DNA of 64,000 nucleotides, taken from Candidatus Gottesmanbacteria bacterium (GTDB taxonomy: Bacteria > Patescibacteriota > Microgenomatia > UBA10105 > UBA927). Below, in pieces: positions 40,933 to 50,664 of this stretch. Under the pieces are notes generated by a model, which searched no databases, was not told the origin of the DNA, and worked only from the letters and a program-made list of their open reading frames with translations. The stretch is taken from positions 1,098,053 to 1,162,052 of the forward strand of contig JAHFKK010000001.1 in the NCBI GenBank assembly GCA_023245335.1, given 5' to 3'. The translations under genes and the position numbers were made by a program. Every line of letters begins with the position of its first letter. Position 1 is the first letter of the stretch.

Positions 40933-42872
40933 GGCGATCCCCCTCCCACAACCTTTGGACGTACATACAAATAATAAAAAGCACTCGTACCAAGGGTAAG
41001 AACTACAAGTATTATGGCAAAGAGCGAAATGACCGAGGCTGTATTGATCATCACTACCGAACCAATCGGTATGCGCAAACTCAAACTCCAACCTAAATTG
41101 GGCACGATATTATACCCATCTACTCCCATGTGATCATTAAAAACTATGCTTTCGCTGGCATGAGGAGTCGTATCATTCAAATACAAACGCATTGGATCAT
41201 CCTTCGGAAGCTCTTTACCGACCATCGCCATATTGCTACTTATGACGTATTGCCCTTTACGATCAACTATCGTGAACCCTTCGCCTCTCGTTTGATCTGC
41301 TATCTGCTGCACCTCCAAATTAAGTTGATTTATGTCTATAGATCCAGCCAAAACGCCCACAAAATCATTTTTGGTGGAAATAAGCGGCACGGAGACCGTA
41401 ACTACTTGTCGGTGGGAGTTATCAGCAAGGGCCTCAAAAACACCGGATACGTATGGCTTTCTCGTATTCCGGGCAGCGATAAAATAATCACGGAATGATA
41501 AATTGGATTGATCAAACGTCCCATACGGGTACAAGGCGACTCCTTTTCCTTCCGCATCCAGTATGATGATACGGCGAAGATAAGAATGGCTTTCATACAG
41601 CACTTTTGCGTACTTATCGATTGTCGTAAAATCTTTCTTCCCCACGGCAACAACAAGGTCTTGATTTACAGCAGCCGTCGCAAGGACTGCCTGTGCCGTA
41701 TCAAATGCATCCTGCACGAGCCTTTGGGCAATGATCATTTTATTATGCAATTCGACCTGCTTTTGATTCCATAGCGTCTGCTGAAGTTCATACACCGCGA
41801 ATATGGAAGCGAGTATGACGACGCTCACTAAGCCCAAAAAGATATGAAGAATTGTTTTATCACGCCGCGAATCATGCCCACGGATCAACATAGACCATAA
41901 CGGCACAACGAGGCTGAAAAATCCCAAAACGACAAAGTACATAGCCCTGCTCCAATACTCCATGTTGGCGTACCAAAGGGCCGCCACGAAACAAAAACAC
42001 ATAGTTACCCAGGCGCCAATTCGAAACCATACGGAACCCGTCCGATAACCGCGCCAAAAAAGGAACAAATTGGTTCCCGCGACACCGGTGAGCAAGAGAG
42101 CCACTGCATAATTGGGAAGGGAAAATAAGCTGGTGAACATCTGCACATGCCCGACATTGGCGCCCAAAAATAACAGCGTCACTACACCTGTTAAAAGAAG
42201 GTCGAGATACAAAAGATAGGAAATAATACCGTCAACATCAAATATCGCGTTATATAAAACGACAATTCCCATGGTGCCGTATAGGATAGCGCCATCAAAA
42301 TCCTGAACATTTATAAAAGGCATCACGCTGCCAAACGCAAGAAGTGCAAGTAATCCAAAAAATACACTCCGCCACTTCCGCATTCCCTGAAATATGTTAA
42401 TCGTGACAATGCCGGCGCCTATGGCTATGAGGGCAACGCGTGCAGTAATAAGATATGCCGACAACGAGGCGTCACCTGCGGTGTTTGTTAGATTGAACAA
42501 AAACAAACTCGCCCCGGATACGATAGCGCCTAGTCCTACCAACCAATCAAAAATATTTGGTGCGGCTACCAGATTCCAGTCATGCTTTTTAGTCCATCGG
42601 GTAATATGAGAAATTAATGCTGATTGGGATATTTCATTGCCAGCAGACACAGGCGGGGTGCTTGGAGCAACTACGGTTTGGACTTTTCCTGCTGTTTCTA
42701 CCGGCCGCTTTGAGAGGTGTAATATACGAGCAAGTTCTTCTTCCGGGATACGGAATCTCCCCTTCCCCAAACGGACTCCTCTGATGCGCTTTTCTTTGAG
42801 GAACGCATAGATGCTATTGGTAGAATAGCCTAATATATCCGCGACTTCTTTGACAGTATAGTTCTTCGGCAT
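40929..42872 (-). CDS. Membrane-embedded one-component regulator: HTH_17 (excisionase-like), ~9 TM, dCache sensor, TM
   Basis: [43 protein letters not shown]; dCache_1 motifs LSFRDYF...[21 protein letters not shown] and FTIVDRKG; only a short tail after the last TM; alternative start 42890. Confidence 0.85.
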   Translation of the reverse strand: MPKNYTVKEVADILGYSTNSIYAFLKEKRIRGVRLGKGRFRIPEEELARILHLSKRPVETAGKVQTVVAPSTPPVSAGNEISQSALISHITRWTKKHDWNLVAAPNIFDWLVGLGAIVSGASLFLFNLTNTAGDASLSAYLITARVALIAIGAGIVTINIFQGMRKWRSVFFGLLALLAFGSVMPFINVQDFDGAILYGTMGIVVLYNAIFDVDGIISYLLYLDLLLTGVVTLLFLGANVGHVQMFTSLFSLPNYAVALLLTGVAGTNLFLFWRGYRTGSVWFRIGAWVTMCFCFVAALWYANMEYWSRAMYFVVLGFFSLVVPLWSMLIRGHDSRRDKTILHIFLGLVSVVILASIFAVYELQQTLWNQKQVELHNKMIIAQRLVQDAFDTAQAVLATAAVNQDLVVAVGKKDFTTIDKYAKVLYESHSYLRRIIILDAEGKGVALYPYGTFDQSNLSFRDYFIAARNTRKPYVSGVFEALADNSHRQVVTVSVPLISTKNDFVGVLAGSIDINQLNLEVQQIADQTRGEGFTIVDRKGQYVISSNMAMVGKELPKDDPMRLYLNDTTPHASESIVFNDHMGVDGYNIVPNLGWSLSLRIPIGSVVMINTASVISLFAIILVVLTLGTSAFYYLYVRPKVVGGGSP

Positions 42873-42935
42873 GCTCGGGCAGCTTGTCATACTCCACCCA
42901 AACTTTGGAGTATTCGGATGCTCTAATTAACAAAT

Positions 42936-42986
42936 TATTACAAGTATTTACCTATCTATTTACAAGTCTTTACCAATTCTTATTAT
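42936..42986. repeat. Helically phased TTTAC(A/C)A direct repeats, right copy, upstream of the HTH-dCache gene
   Basis: attacaagt atttacctatct atttacaagt ctttaccaat; shares 14-bp ttacaagtatttac with 18495-18508. Confidence 0.65.
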
Positions 42987-43052
42987 TAATTGTGAAACCC
43001 TATAAATACTATGCACTAAGATTTCACGGGTTGTCAAGTCTGCAATTAATCA

Positions 43053-43149
43053 TATCGTAATCTTATCGTTATGCTGCATATTTACCGCATATACGTGCTA
43101 TATACTTAAGTACCAATAAATTGACGTTTGTGATAAGATTACGATAAGA
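43053..43149. promoter_or_regulatory. 15-bp perfect inverted repeat pair in the divergent promoter region (putative operators)
   Basis: tatcgtaatcttatc (43053-43067) and gataagattacgata (43132-43146). Confidence 0.7.
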
Positions 43150-43161
43150 ACTGCTTCACTT

Positions 43162-44103
43162 ATGATTTCTATTTCGTATACCATCACCCCGACTATCACT
43201 GACCATCTGATCGCTATAGACGCACACCGACGAACAATCCTGACAACGCCTCTTTCTCCTCGGAACGAACAACGGCTTCACTGGGATTCGATCATAGGGC
43301 ATATAACCGCTTCTCTCGCCCTCGCAAATACCACCATTCCGAAATCACAGATCGTCACTATACTCACGCACCCTTCCAAACACCCGACGGCCACAGAACA
43401 ATTAGTACTTTCCTATAAACGTGCACTGGACTGGCTGCATGAGGAGTGGTCCGCGAACCCAAAGACGATCACATTTCCGGTGGTCGAGACACTGGCTTCC
43501 ATCGCACTCCCGGCTCATTCTGCCCGCGCGGCTCTCCGAGATGATGAAGAAAATATCCGGCACTTACTGACCTATCTGCAGTCCCAATCAGACCATCCCA
43601 TCCTGGTCGCCGGTCTCGCACATGGTCAAATTGCCTCTTCCTCAAACCGCAATCTATCCAGTGGTCTCATTTGTCGGCTTACCACAGCGCTTATTCTTGC
43701 CAAATACGGGTACGATTGCCGTGGGATGCTTGCTATAGACCCGTTTTGGACCGAAAACCGCGAACGATATGATCGGGCACTCGAAAGCATTAACCGGCTC
43801 GGACAACTCACCGCGTGGCTTGAGTATTTTACGGGTGTCGCACAGGAAGCTTATGACGGTCTTGCCGAGGAAATATCCCATGCGGCCGCTCACCTACCCA
43901 TTTCAACCTGGCTACTCGCACCGAGGGAAGATCAAATCATGCATCGCCTGGATTCCCCGACCAGCCGCATTACCAACCGTGACGTCCAGCGCTCATTCCA
44001 TATCTCCCAGGTAACCGCCAGCCGTGTCCTTACCAGACTCGTTTCCTTGGGACTTTTGTTTGCGCATGGCAAAGGAAGAAGCGTATATTACACGAAAGCC
44101 TAG
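43162..44103 (+). CDS. Fic/DOC-fold protein with degenerate catalytic motif and C-terminal winged HTH
   Basis: YTITP.I N-terminus, HPILVAGLAH..., Y.RAL and LT.WLEYF; C-terminal ITN.DV...F.IS..TA.R.L..LV..GLL...GKGRS.YY; HPFxDGNGR replaced by SSNRNLSSG. Confidence 0.8.
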   Translation: MISISYTITPTITDHLIAIDAHRRTILTTPLSPRNEQRLHWDSIIGHITASLALANTTIPKSQIVTILTHPSKHPTATEQLVLSYKRALDWLHEEWSANPKTITFPVVETLASIALPAHSARAALRDDEENIRHLLTYLQSQSDHPILVAGLAHGQIASSSNRNLSSGLICRLTTALILAKYGYDCRGMLAIDPFWTENRERYDRALESINRLGQLTAWLEYFTGVAQEAYDGLAEEISHAAAHLPISTWLLAPREDQIMHRLDSPTSRITNRDVQRSFHISQVTASRVLTRLVSLGLLFAHGKGRSVYYTKA

Positions 44104-44124
44104 CGGGGAATCTGAACGGGTACA

Positions 44125-45549
44125 TCAAAAAAGCTTTCGGTATAAATTTATATATTCTTGTACCTGATGGCTCCACGAAAAGTCTTCCTTCATAGCATTT
44201 TTCATCATGGTCGAGAATTTACGAGGTTGTTTTGCATAAACACTTATCGCTTCCTGCATTTTCGTAACCAGCGCTGCAGTCGAATATGGACCAAATACAA
44301 ACCCGGTCAAACCATCTCGTACACTATCAGCTAACCCGCCTGTTTTCCGCACGAGAGGTAGCGTCCCGTAGCGCATCGCGATCATCTGCGTCAATCCGCA
44401 TGGCTCAAATTTACTTGGGACGAGCATAATGTCGCTCCCGGCGTAAATCCGCCGGGCCAGACGCTCATCGAAGGTGTTGACGTACGAAATATTTTCATGC
44501 ATCTCGGAAAGCTTCTGAAACTCCCCTACTAATTTCTTCTGCCCGGTACCCAAAAGTACGATCTGGTACGTTTCCGGCGGCAATGTTTTGACTGCACGCG
44601 CGATGAGATCAAGCCCTTTTTGCCTTGATTCAAAGCGCCCCACGAAGCCAAAAAGCGGCACGTTGACCTGCGGAAGACGTACGGCCGATTGCAACTGCTC
44701 TTTTATCTTCTGTTTGGCAGAAACAACGGTCGCATGGGTATACTGCACCGGTAGTGCCGCATCATCACTGGGACTCCAGAGATTCGTATCTATACCGTTT
44801 AAAATTCCGACAATCTTGTCACCCCTCCGATGAAATACTTCGCGTACGCGCTTGCCATGCATGCCTTTCATGATTTCCTGAGCGTACGTCGGTGATACTG
44901 TGGTCACCATATCGGCATATTCAAACCCTTCGGTAAGCAACCGCACCGCCCTTCCGAGAGGCGTCATGAAGGCATGAAAGAGTGTTTTGGGGAATCCGAG
45001 CTTCAGCGTGATACTGCTCCCCGCCTCCCCCTGATAGAGAAGGTTGTGAACAGTGAGTATAGTCCTGGTCGTTCGGGATTCTATGGTCTCCCGTTCGCGA
45101 TACCCGACTTTACTGGCCTCTCCGAGAAGTAATGGGACGAGAGCCGTATGCCAATCATTACAGTGGACTATGTCATACGGGCCGCCAAGAAGACCTGATG
45201 AATACAGGTATAACTGGGCGACCGCCTTCGCAAAAAACCCAAACCTTTCTACGATATCCGGACCATCATATTCGTGAAGGAGCGGATGCCGAAAAAGGTA
45301 TACCGGCACGTCTGTTCCGGGTAACCTCGTCTCAAAAATAAACATGAGCTCCCGTCTGCGGTCATAATCTATGGCCAGCTGGCCGATGCAACTCACAGAA
45401 TGCCCTTTGATGCTTTGGTAATACGGCATCGCGATTGCCACATGGATCCCGCGCTTCTCAAGGGCTACGGGCAAACTATAACTCACATCCGCAAGTCCCC
45501 CTCGTTTATACAGTCCGGCAACTTCGCTGGTGACAAATAATACCTTCAT
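44125..45549 (-). CDS. glgA: Glycogen/starch synthase (GT5)
   Basis: VLFVTSE...KRGGLADV, HCNDWHT, TVHNL.YQG, TVSPTYA.EI, GILNGID, PS.FEPCGL.QM.AMRYG and TGGL.D motifs. Confidence 0.95.
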   Translation of the reverse strand: MKVLFVTSEVAGLYKRGGLADVSYSLPVALEKRGIHVAIAMPYYQSIKGHSVSCIGQLAIDYDRRRELMFIFETRLPGTDVPVYLFRHPLLHEYDGPDIVERFGFFAKAVAQLYLYSSGLLGGPYDIVHCNDWHTALVPLLLGEASKVGYRERETIESRTTRTILTVHNLLYQGEAGSSITLKLGFPKTLFHAFMTPLGRAVRLLTEGFEYADMVTTVSPTYAQEIMKGMHGKRVREVFHRRGDKIVGILNGIDTNLWSPSDDAALPVQYTHATVVSAKQKIKEQLQSAVRLPQVNVPLFGFVGRFESRQKGLDLIARAVKTLPPETYQIVLLGTGQKKLVGEFQKLSEMHENISYVNTFDERLARRIYAGSDIMLVPSKFEPCGLTQMIAMRYGTLPLVRKTGGLADSVRDGLTGFVFGPYSTAALVTKMQEAISVYAKQPRKFSTMMKNAMKEDFSWSHQVQEYINLYRKLF

Positions 45550-45576
45550 ACTTCAATACATTAAATATTTAGAGTA

Positions 45577-46713
45577 TCAATCAATAACTTTATGATATAT
45601 CTTCTCATATCCCACAGCCATTTTGCTCAAAGAAAAATTTTTCTCGATATACTTCCTGCACGCAGACCTGTCTATCTCATCTATCCGATTAACAGCCTCT
45701 ATTAATCCTGCTATTCCTCGTTTTTTGATACGGTTATGAGTAGTATTGATACTCATATTGTCAGGTTCTACAATATATCCGTTCAAACCATCTCTTACTA
45801 TCTCAGAAACACTCCCTCTATCATATGCTATGACAGGTGTGCCGCACGCCATGGCCTCTATCATTACCAAACCGAATGGCTCTTCCCATTGGATTGGAAA
45901 AAGGAGTGCTTTCGCAGTCTGGTAATGGCCCACCAAATGCTCCTGTTTCACCACAGACTCCCATAACACCGTTTTGCCGTCGATAGAAGGTTTAATTTCT
46001 TTTTCAAAGTAATCGCGGCTCACTTTTTTGGCTTCATACTCCTGACCCACGATAAGAAGACGGATTTTGGTCGTGTGAGCAACAACTATTGCATCGGTAA
46101 ACCCCTTCTCCGGTACGATCCTACCGGTCATGAGAAGCGGGCGTTTACGCAAATTCATGGCTCCATCCGGCTGAAACAATGTGGTGTCAACCCCGTTTGG
46201 TACTACTCCGGCAAATGGAAACGGCACACCGGACTGCTGAGATTTGGATAACGACACCAAATGGATGTTCCCGAGCTCCATAACCTTCTCGAGCGACGGA
46301 AAACGTTCCGGCCGGATAGGATCATGAAATGTAATGATAACCGGAAATTTAGGCGGAAGCGCTGCAAGAGCCGGATAAAGCCGCTCTACCGGCTGATGGA
46401 TGTGGATACAATCAAGAGTACCTGCTTTTGCCTGTTTGATGACTTCACGGAACAACAGCAATTCCTGCGCTATCACAAACGATTTGTATGCCTCGGAATC
46501 AGTATATGTAGGCGCGACGAGCACAGTCGGCGAAATTCCCGCATGGACGAGCTTCGCATTTGTTTTACTTCCCTTCGCGGCAAAAAGCGTGACGTTATGT
46601 CCCATACCAACCAAACTGTTAGTGAGTTCTCTCACGAGTATCCATGGCGCCAGAATATTATTCTCTGTCGGCGGTACCGCGTGCGACGGTGATATATAAA
46701 GTCCTATACGCAT
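45577..46713 (-). CDS. Glycosyltransferase family 4
   Basis: GH.VTLFA, GRIVPEKG and FPIQWEEPFGLVMIEAMACGTPV motifs. Confidence 0.93.
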   Translation of the reverse strand: MRIGLYISPSHAVPPTENNILAPWILVRELTNSLVGMGHNVTLFAAKGSKTNAKLVHAGISPTVLVAPTYTDSEAYKSFVIAQELLLFREVIKQAKAGTLDCIHIHQPVERLYPALAALPPKFPVIITFHDPIRPERFPSLEKVMELGNIHLVSLSKSQQSGVPFPFAGVVPNGVDTTLFQPDGAMNLRKRPLLMTGRIVPEKGFTDAIVVAHTTKIRLLIVGQEYEAKKVSRDYFEKEIKPSIDGKTVLWESVVKQEHLVGHYQTAKALLFPIQWEEPFGLVMIEAMACGTPVIAYDRGSVSEIVRDGLNGYIVEPDNMSINTTHNRIKKRGIAGLIEAVNRIDEIDRSACRKYIEKNFSLSKMAVGYEKIYHKVID

Positions 46714-46724
46714 AGACTATTCAG

Positions 46725-46871
46725 GCGCGGAGAGGATACGAAATTTTCGCAAATCGCTTCCCGAGCTCTAGAACAATACAAATATCAAATGACTGGCAAT
46801 CAGCAAGACGAATAATTCCTGGGAAATCTCGCGGGCAGCGGAGTAAGAAAATTTCGCACCGACCTCAGCGC
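46725..46871. repeat. Degenerate MITE/REP-like inverted-repeat element
   Basis: Imperfect ~40-bp arms gcgc..cgaaattttc..cgcttcccgag / ctcgcgggcagcg..gaaaatttcg..gcgc. Confidence 0.5.
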
Positions 46872-47929
46872 CATCGAGCATATCCTTCAACAATTTTTTG
46901 GTAGACCGCCTCGTAATCCAGAACCATTCTGTCTTTATGAAAGTATTTCTCGACGCGGGTACGGCAGGCCTTCCGGTCAATTTCACCTAGCCGTTTGACC
47001 CCCTGTACCAACCCATCTATCCCAGCGCGTGGCGCCAAAACGAAACCAGTAACACCATCCTCGACCACTTCAGGCACTGAACCCATATTGTAGCCGACAA
47101 CAGGAGTCCCGCACGCCATCGATTCAATCATGACCAGTCCAAACGGTTCATGCCAGGATATAGGATACAGGACCGCTTTTGCATTCCCATAGAGTGTCAT
47201 GAGCATAGGATGCGTCATCTCACCATGAAATACGATGTTCACGCCGTCTATCTTCGGTTTTACTTCTTTTTCAAAATACGGGACATCTATGGGATCAAGA
47301 GCCGCAGCCATCTGGAGCCGCATTCCAAGCTTCCGTGCGACTTCTATCGCCTCCACCGCTCCTTTTTTCGGGCTCATACGGCCAACCCAAAGTAAATAAT
47401 CCGCGGTAGGTTTTTCGACATACGGATATTCTTGTATGTCGAGGCTATTGTAGACCGTCGCCGGGTAATTGAGTCCCGGTAACGCTTGACGCTGATTATT
47501 GGAGATGGAAATGATGGGCAGGTCGGAAAATGCCCGAAGCGTCTCCCGTTTCTCTTCAGGAACTTCTCCCGGAAAAAACGACCCGTGCCACGTGAAGACG
47601 ACCGGCGTACCCAAATTCCTCGCACCAAAAAGACTCAAGTATTGTCCGTGACTGTGGATGATGTCAAATTCTTTGGCGCGGCGATAACATGCATCGTATT
47701 GAAGAAGCGGCTCCAATGTATCTGATTTTTTGAGTCCGCTGTTTCCGAGGGACGCCGGATACGTACTGACCAGCTTGGCTTTCGTAATACTGTCGCCTGC
47801 CGCAAACAGCGTGACGTCATGACCGCGGGCGACCAACCCTTCGGCAAGAAGTGATACTATTTTCTCCGTTCCGCCGTAGGCTTTCGGCGGCACCGGGAGA
47901 TATGGCGGGGCAAGTAGCGCGATGCGCAT
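46865..47929 (-). CDS. Glycosyltransferase family 4
   Basis: VPPKAYGGTE, GRMSPKKG and WHEPFGLVMIESMACGTPV motifs. Confidence 0.94.
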   Translation of the reverse strand: MRIALLAPPYLPVPPKAYGGTEKIVSLLAEGLVARGHDVTLFAAGDSITKAKLVSTYPASLGNSGLKKSDTLEPLLQYDACYRRAKEFDIIHSHGQYLSLFGARNLGTPVVFTWHGSFFPGEVPEEKRETLRAFSDLPIISISNNQRQALPGLNYPATVYNSLDIQEYPYVEKPTADYLLWVGRMSPKKGAVEAIEVARKLGMRLQMAAALDPIDVPYFEKEVKPKIDGVNIVFHGEMTHPMLMTLYGNAKAVLYPISWHEPFGLVMIESMACGTPVVGYNMGSVPEVVEDGVTGFVLAPRAGIDGLVQGVKRLGEIDRKACRTRVEKYFHKDRMVLDYEAVYQKIVEGYARWR

Positions 47930-48027
47930 AGATACATCATACCACGATTATTTCTTCTGACATTCGTGGAATCCGTACAATCATTTGCCAATACCCCCCT
48001 CCTGGCAATATAATCCTCCCTAACCCT

Positions 48028-48453
48028 ATGCCGGAAGTTACGCCAAAGACATGCCTCATTATAGAAAACGAAAGCCACTACCGGCAGGATCTGGCATACG
48101 AACTCAGAAGGAACGGTTGGCGCGTATTGGGTCACGCCGACAGGATGCCGGATGCATTGGAGCTTGCCCGACAAGTCTCTAGAGGGACCTATGGACCTAT
48201 AGACGTCATATTCATGGATGGAAATTTGACAAAAGGAGATACATCAGGAAAAAACGGCTGGGAGCTCTCCGCGCTATTTGAGCAAAAAACACGCCATGGA
48301 ACCTTCATTCTTCCGTTCACACGAACACCGGAAAACGCTGCCTGGGCTGATTCTCCCGCAAACAAAGACCCGAAAGTTATCGTCAGACAGGCTGATGCAT
48401 TACTCCTGGGAGAACTCCCGACTCGGGACGTTTTTGATGTAATTAAGAAATAA
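48028..48453 (+). CDS. Stand-alone receiver (CheY-like) domain protein
   Basis: LIIENE acidic pocket, IFMDG phosphoacceptor, NGWEL, then Thr and Lys at expected positions. Confidence 0.65.
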   Translation: MPEVTPKTCLIIENESHYRQDLAYELRRNGWRVLGHADRMPDALELARQVSRGTYGPIDVIFMDGNLTKGDTSGKNGWELSALFEQKTRHGTFILPFTRTPENAAWADSPANKDPKVIVRQADALLLGELPTRDVFDVIKK

Positions 48454-48484
48454 ATAATCCTATTTCATCCTTCCCGAAACCTTC

Positions 48485-48889
48485 CTACCATCGGATAAAC
48501 CGTCTCGCGGCTCTGCTCCATTGTCTCAAGGCCCGCTGTCTGAACTCACTATTTATTCGTTCTGACGCTTCAAATAGTACTTCATTCGCAGCGATGCCAT
48601 AGTCTGCCGAACGGCTCCGGTCGGCTACCTTTGTTGCCTGCTCAAGTCCTCGCACGATATTCGCTTTACCGCTTCTTCCGTGTAATCCTGATGCTTCGAT
48701 AAATGCAGGGACGTGTTCTTTGAGAAAATCAACCTGATCTCTATGAGCCTTTCCACGCGAAAAAGCCAATTGTGCACTCCACGCGTTCATTCTGGCAACA
48801 CTCGCAGATATAACCCAATCAGCGAGTTCGTCCGCCACACGGTGAGTGGCCTGAAATAAATCTATTGCTTCCAGAGATTTGCGTCTCAT
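48485..48889 (-). CDS. Hypothetical helical protein
   Basis: 134-aa ATG ORF starting 2 nt after the upstream stop. Confidence 0.55.
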   Translation of the reverse strand: MRRKSLEAIDLFQATHRVADELADWVISASVARMNAWSAQLAFSRGKAHRDQVDFLKEHVPAFIEASGLHGRSGKANIVRGLEQATKVADRSRSADYGIAANEVLFEASERINSEFRQRALRQWSRAARRFIRW

Positions 48890-48891
48890 AG

Positions 48892-49122
48892 TTATCGCCA
48901 GAAAAAATGAATGACGTCTAACGTCCGTTGGTAACGGTTTGCACTTGACCGGTGTTCACGGGCAAATCTGCGTAACCGATCTGCAGCCTGGGGTCTCGTC
49001 TTTTGTGCCGCCAATACGGTAAATATCCTATCACGCTCGATCTCTTTTGCTTTGAGTGAAGTGAGCTTTTCTGTCGTACGTATGATCCATCTAGGCTTTG
49101 GAATACCGATACGCTCTAACAT
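48892..49122 (-). CDS. Small Arg-rich hypothetical protein
   Basis: TATACT 9 nt upstream of the ATG at 49122. Confidence 0.5.
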   Translation of the reverse strand: MLERIGIPKPRWIIRTTEKLTSLKAKEIERDRIFTVLAAQKTRPQAADRLRRFAREHRSSANRYQRTLDVIHFFWR

Positions 49123-49156
49123 AAGAACGCTAGTATAGCGCAAACGGGGATTACCG

Positions 49157-50245
49157 TCACTGTATCGGGGACGAAGCATTCACGAGGGATTGTTCCAGGC
49201 TTTCTATCATCTTTTCTACCGTAAAGTTTTCTTCCACGTATTTCCGGCAGGCCGACCGGTCAATCTCACCAACGCGCTTGACGGCCATCGCAAGTCCCTC
49301 CACCCCCTGCGATTCATCCACGATGAATCCCGTCTTCCCTTCAACAACCACCTCCGGCACGGCGCCGTTCCCATAGGCCACGACGGGCGTACCGCTTGCC
49401 ATCGCCTCAATCATGACGAGTCCGAAGGGTTCGGGCCAAACGATCGGGAAAAGCAACGCATCGGCGTTTGCAAGTAATGCCGCTTTTTCACCTATCCCCA
49501 ATTCTCCTTCATGCACCACCATCTTGCCGTCAACGAGTGGCGCAATCTCCGCATCCCAATAGGCCTGATTGCCGATTTTTCCCGCCATGACAATCTTTTT
49601 ATTCACAGCTTTCGCAGCCAATATGCCGTCTTTCTGATTTTTATGCGGGGCGATACTGCCCATCATCAAGAGGTAACCCTTCGGCGTAGCGTTAAAGGGT
49701 AATTCCGACAAATCAGTCGCGTTATAGACCGTCCCTATGTAGTTAAGTCCATCAAATCCTTGTCTCTGGGCATTACTTATGGTAATCACAGCGGTATTAT
49801 GTGCCCGAAAAAATTCCGCAAGTTCAGTGAAAATCGGCAGATGCATGACCGTGGCATATGCGACACCGACTGCTTTTGCTGCCGGCACAAAAAGAGATTC
49901 GCCCGCCCGCATGTTATTCAGGATGACATCGTATTCCTTGCCATGCATAAGGATATATTCCTCAACTTGGGCAAGGTAAATCGATTCCTTACGCATCTTG
50001 CGGGAACCTTCGGTATATACGGTCGTTTCGTTCTTTTCGTTGACCGAGCCGACCACGGTATCTCCTCCGCCGATCTCTACTAGATGGTACGCGGGATCTT
50101 TCTTGGAGCCCTGAGCCGCAACCAGCGTCACTTCATGCCCCCGCTTGGCAAGTCCGGTGGCCTGCCACCAGGCAATGCGTTCCGTCCCTCCTTGCATCGG
50201 AGGCGGCACTGGGAGAGCGACGGAACCCAAAATAAGAATCTTCAT
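49157..50245 (-). CDS. Glycosyltransferase family 4
   Basis: PVPP..QGGTE and WPEPFGLVMIEAMASGTPV motifs. Confidence 0.93.
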   Translation of the reverse strand: MKILILGSVALPVPPPMQGGTERIAWWQATGLAKRGHEVTLVAAQGSKKDPAYHLVEIGGGDTVVGSVNEKNETTVYTEGSRKMRKESIYLAQVEEYILMHGKEYDVILNNMRAGESLFVPAAKAVGVAYATVMHLPIFTELAEFFRAHNTAVITISNAQRQGFDGLNYIGTVYNATDLSELPFNATPKGYLLMMGSIAPHKNQKDGILAAKAVNKKIVMAGKIGNQAYWDAEIAPLVDGKMVVHEGELGIGEKAALLANADALLFPIVWPEPFGLVMIEAMASGTPVVAYGNGAVPEVVVEGKTGFIVDESQGVEGLAMAVKRVGEIDRSACRKYVEENFTVEKMIESLEQSLVNASSPIQ

Positions 50246-50343
50246 GACTATAGCCTACACTATCCGGGTGAAGAAATCATTTCGATCGCAGCTCGTCGTC
50301 GCGATTGACGAAAACGGAGGTTTATCCGTATAATTCACTTCTT

Positions 50344-50664
50344 ATGCTGCAAAAATTGGAACAAATGGATGAAGGCTGGCAGCCTCCCGACGAACGAGAC
50401 AGAGAACTCTACTCGTTAACTCGGAAACGCTTTGGACTAGTACTCGAGGAATCTCGCTCCGACCCAAAAAGGTTGAGTTTATTTCAACGACTGACGGACG
50501 GGGCATCCGCCGAAGGCGGACCCGGGTATTGTGAGGTACTCGCCTCGGAGCTGTTCGAGAGACTGCTCGGTCACGTGAGAACTATCGCACAGGAAACACT
50601 GTTGCAGCAATCGGGAGATGGTCGCTCCCGTCGGAGGGAATCACGCGGTAGTTTGAGACCGTAA
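50344..50664 (+). CDS. Small hypothetical protein
   Basis: TTGACG-18-TATAAT, then ATG 9 nt later; 3' end overlaps the convergent EEP gene. Confidence 0.5.
   Translation: MLQKLEQMDEGWQPPDERDRELYSLTRKRFGLVLEESRSDPKRLSLFQRLTDGASAEGGPGYCEVLASELFERLLGHVRTIAQETLLQQSGDGRSRRRESRGSLRP

Noticed and set aside
40933-41091. First 53 codons of the 3248-aa ORF as given in the track
   Set aside because: They overlap the upstream regulator gene; the GTG at 40932 (GTGA coupling) or ATG at 40905 is more plausible
9058-42872. Prophage or ICE inferred from excisionase-like HTHs and a tailspike-type domain
   Set aside because: No integrase, terminase, capsid, relaxase or T4SS genes; the HTHs are better explained as regulators
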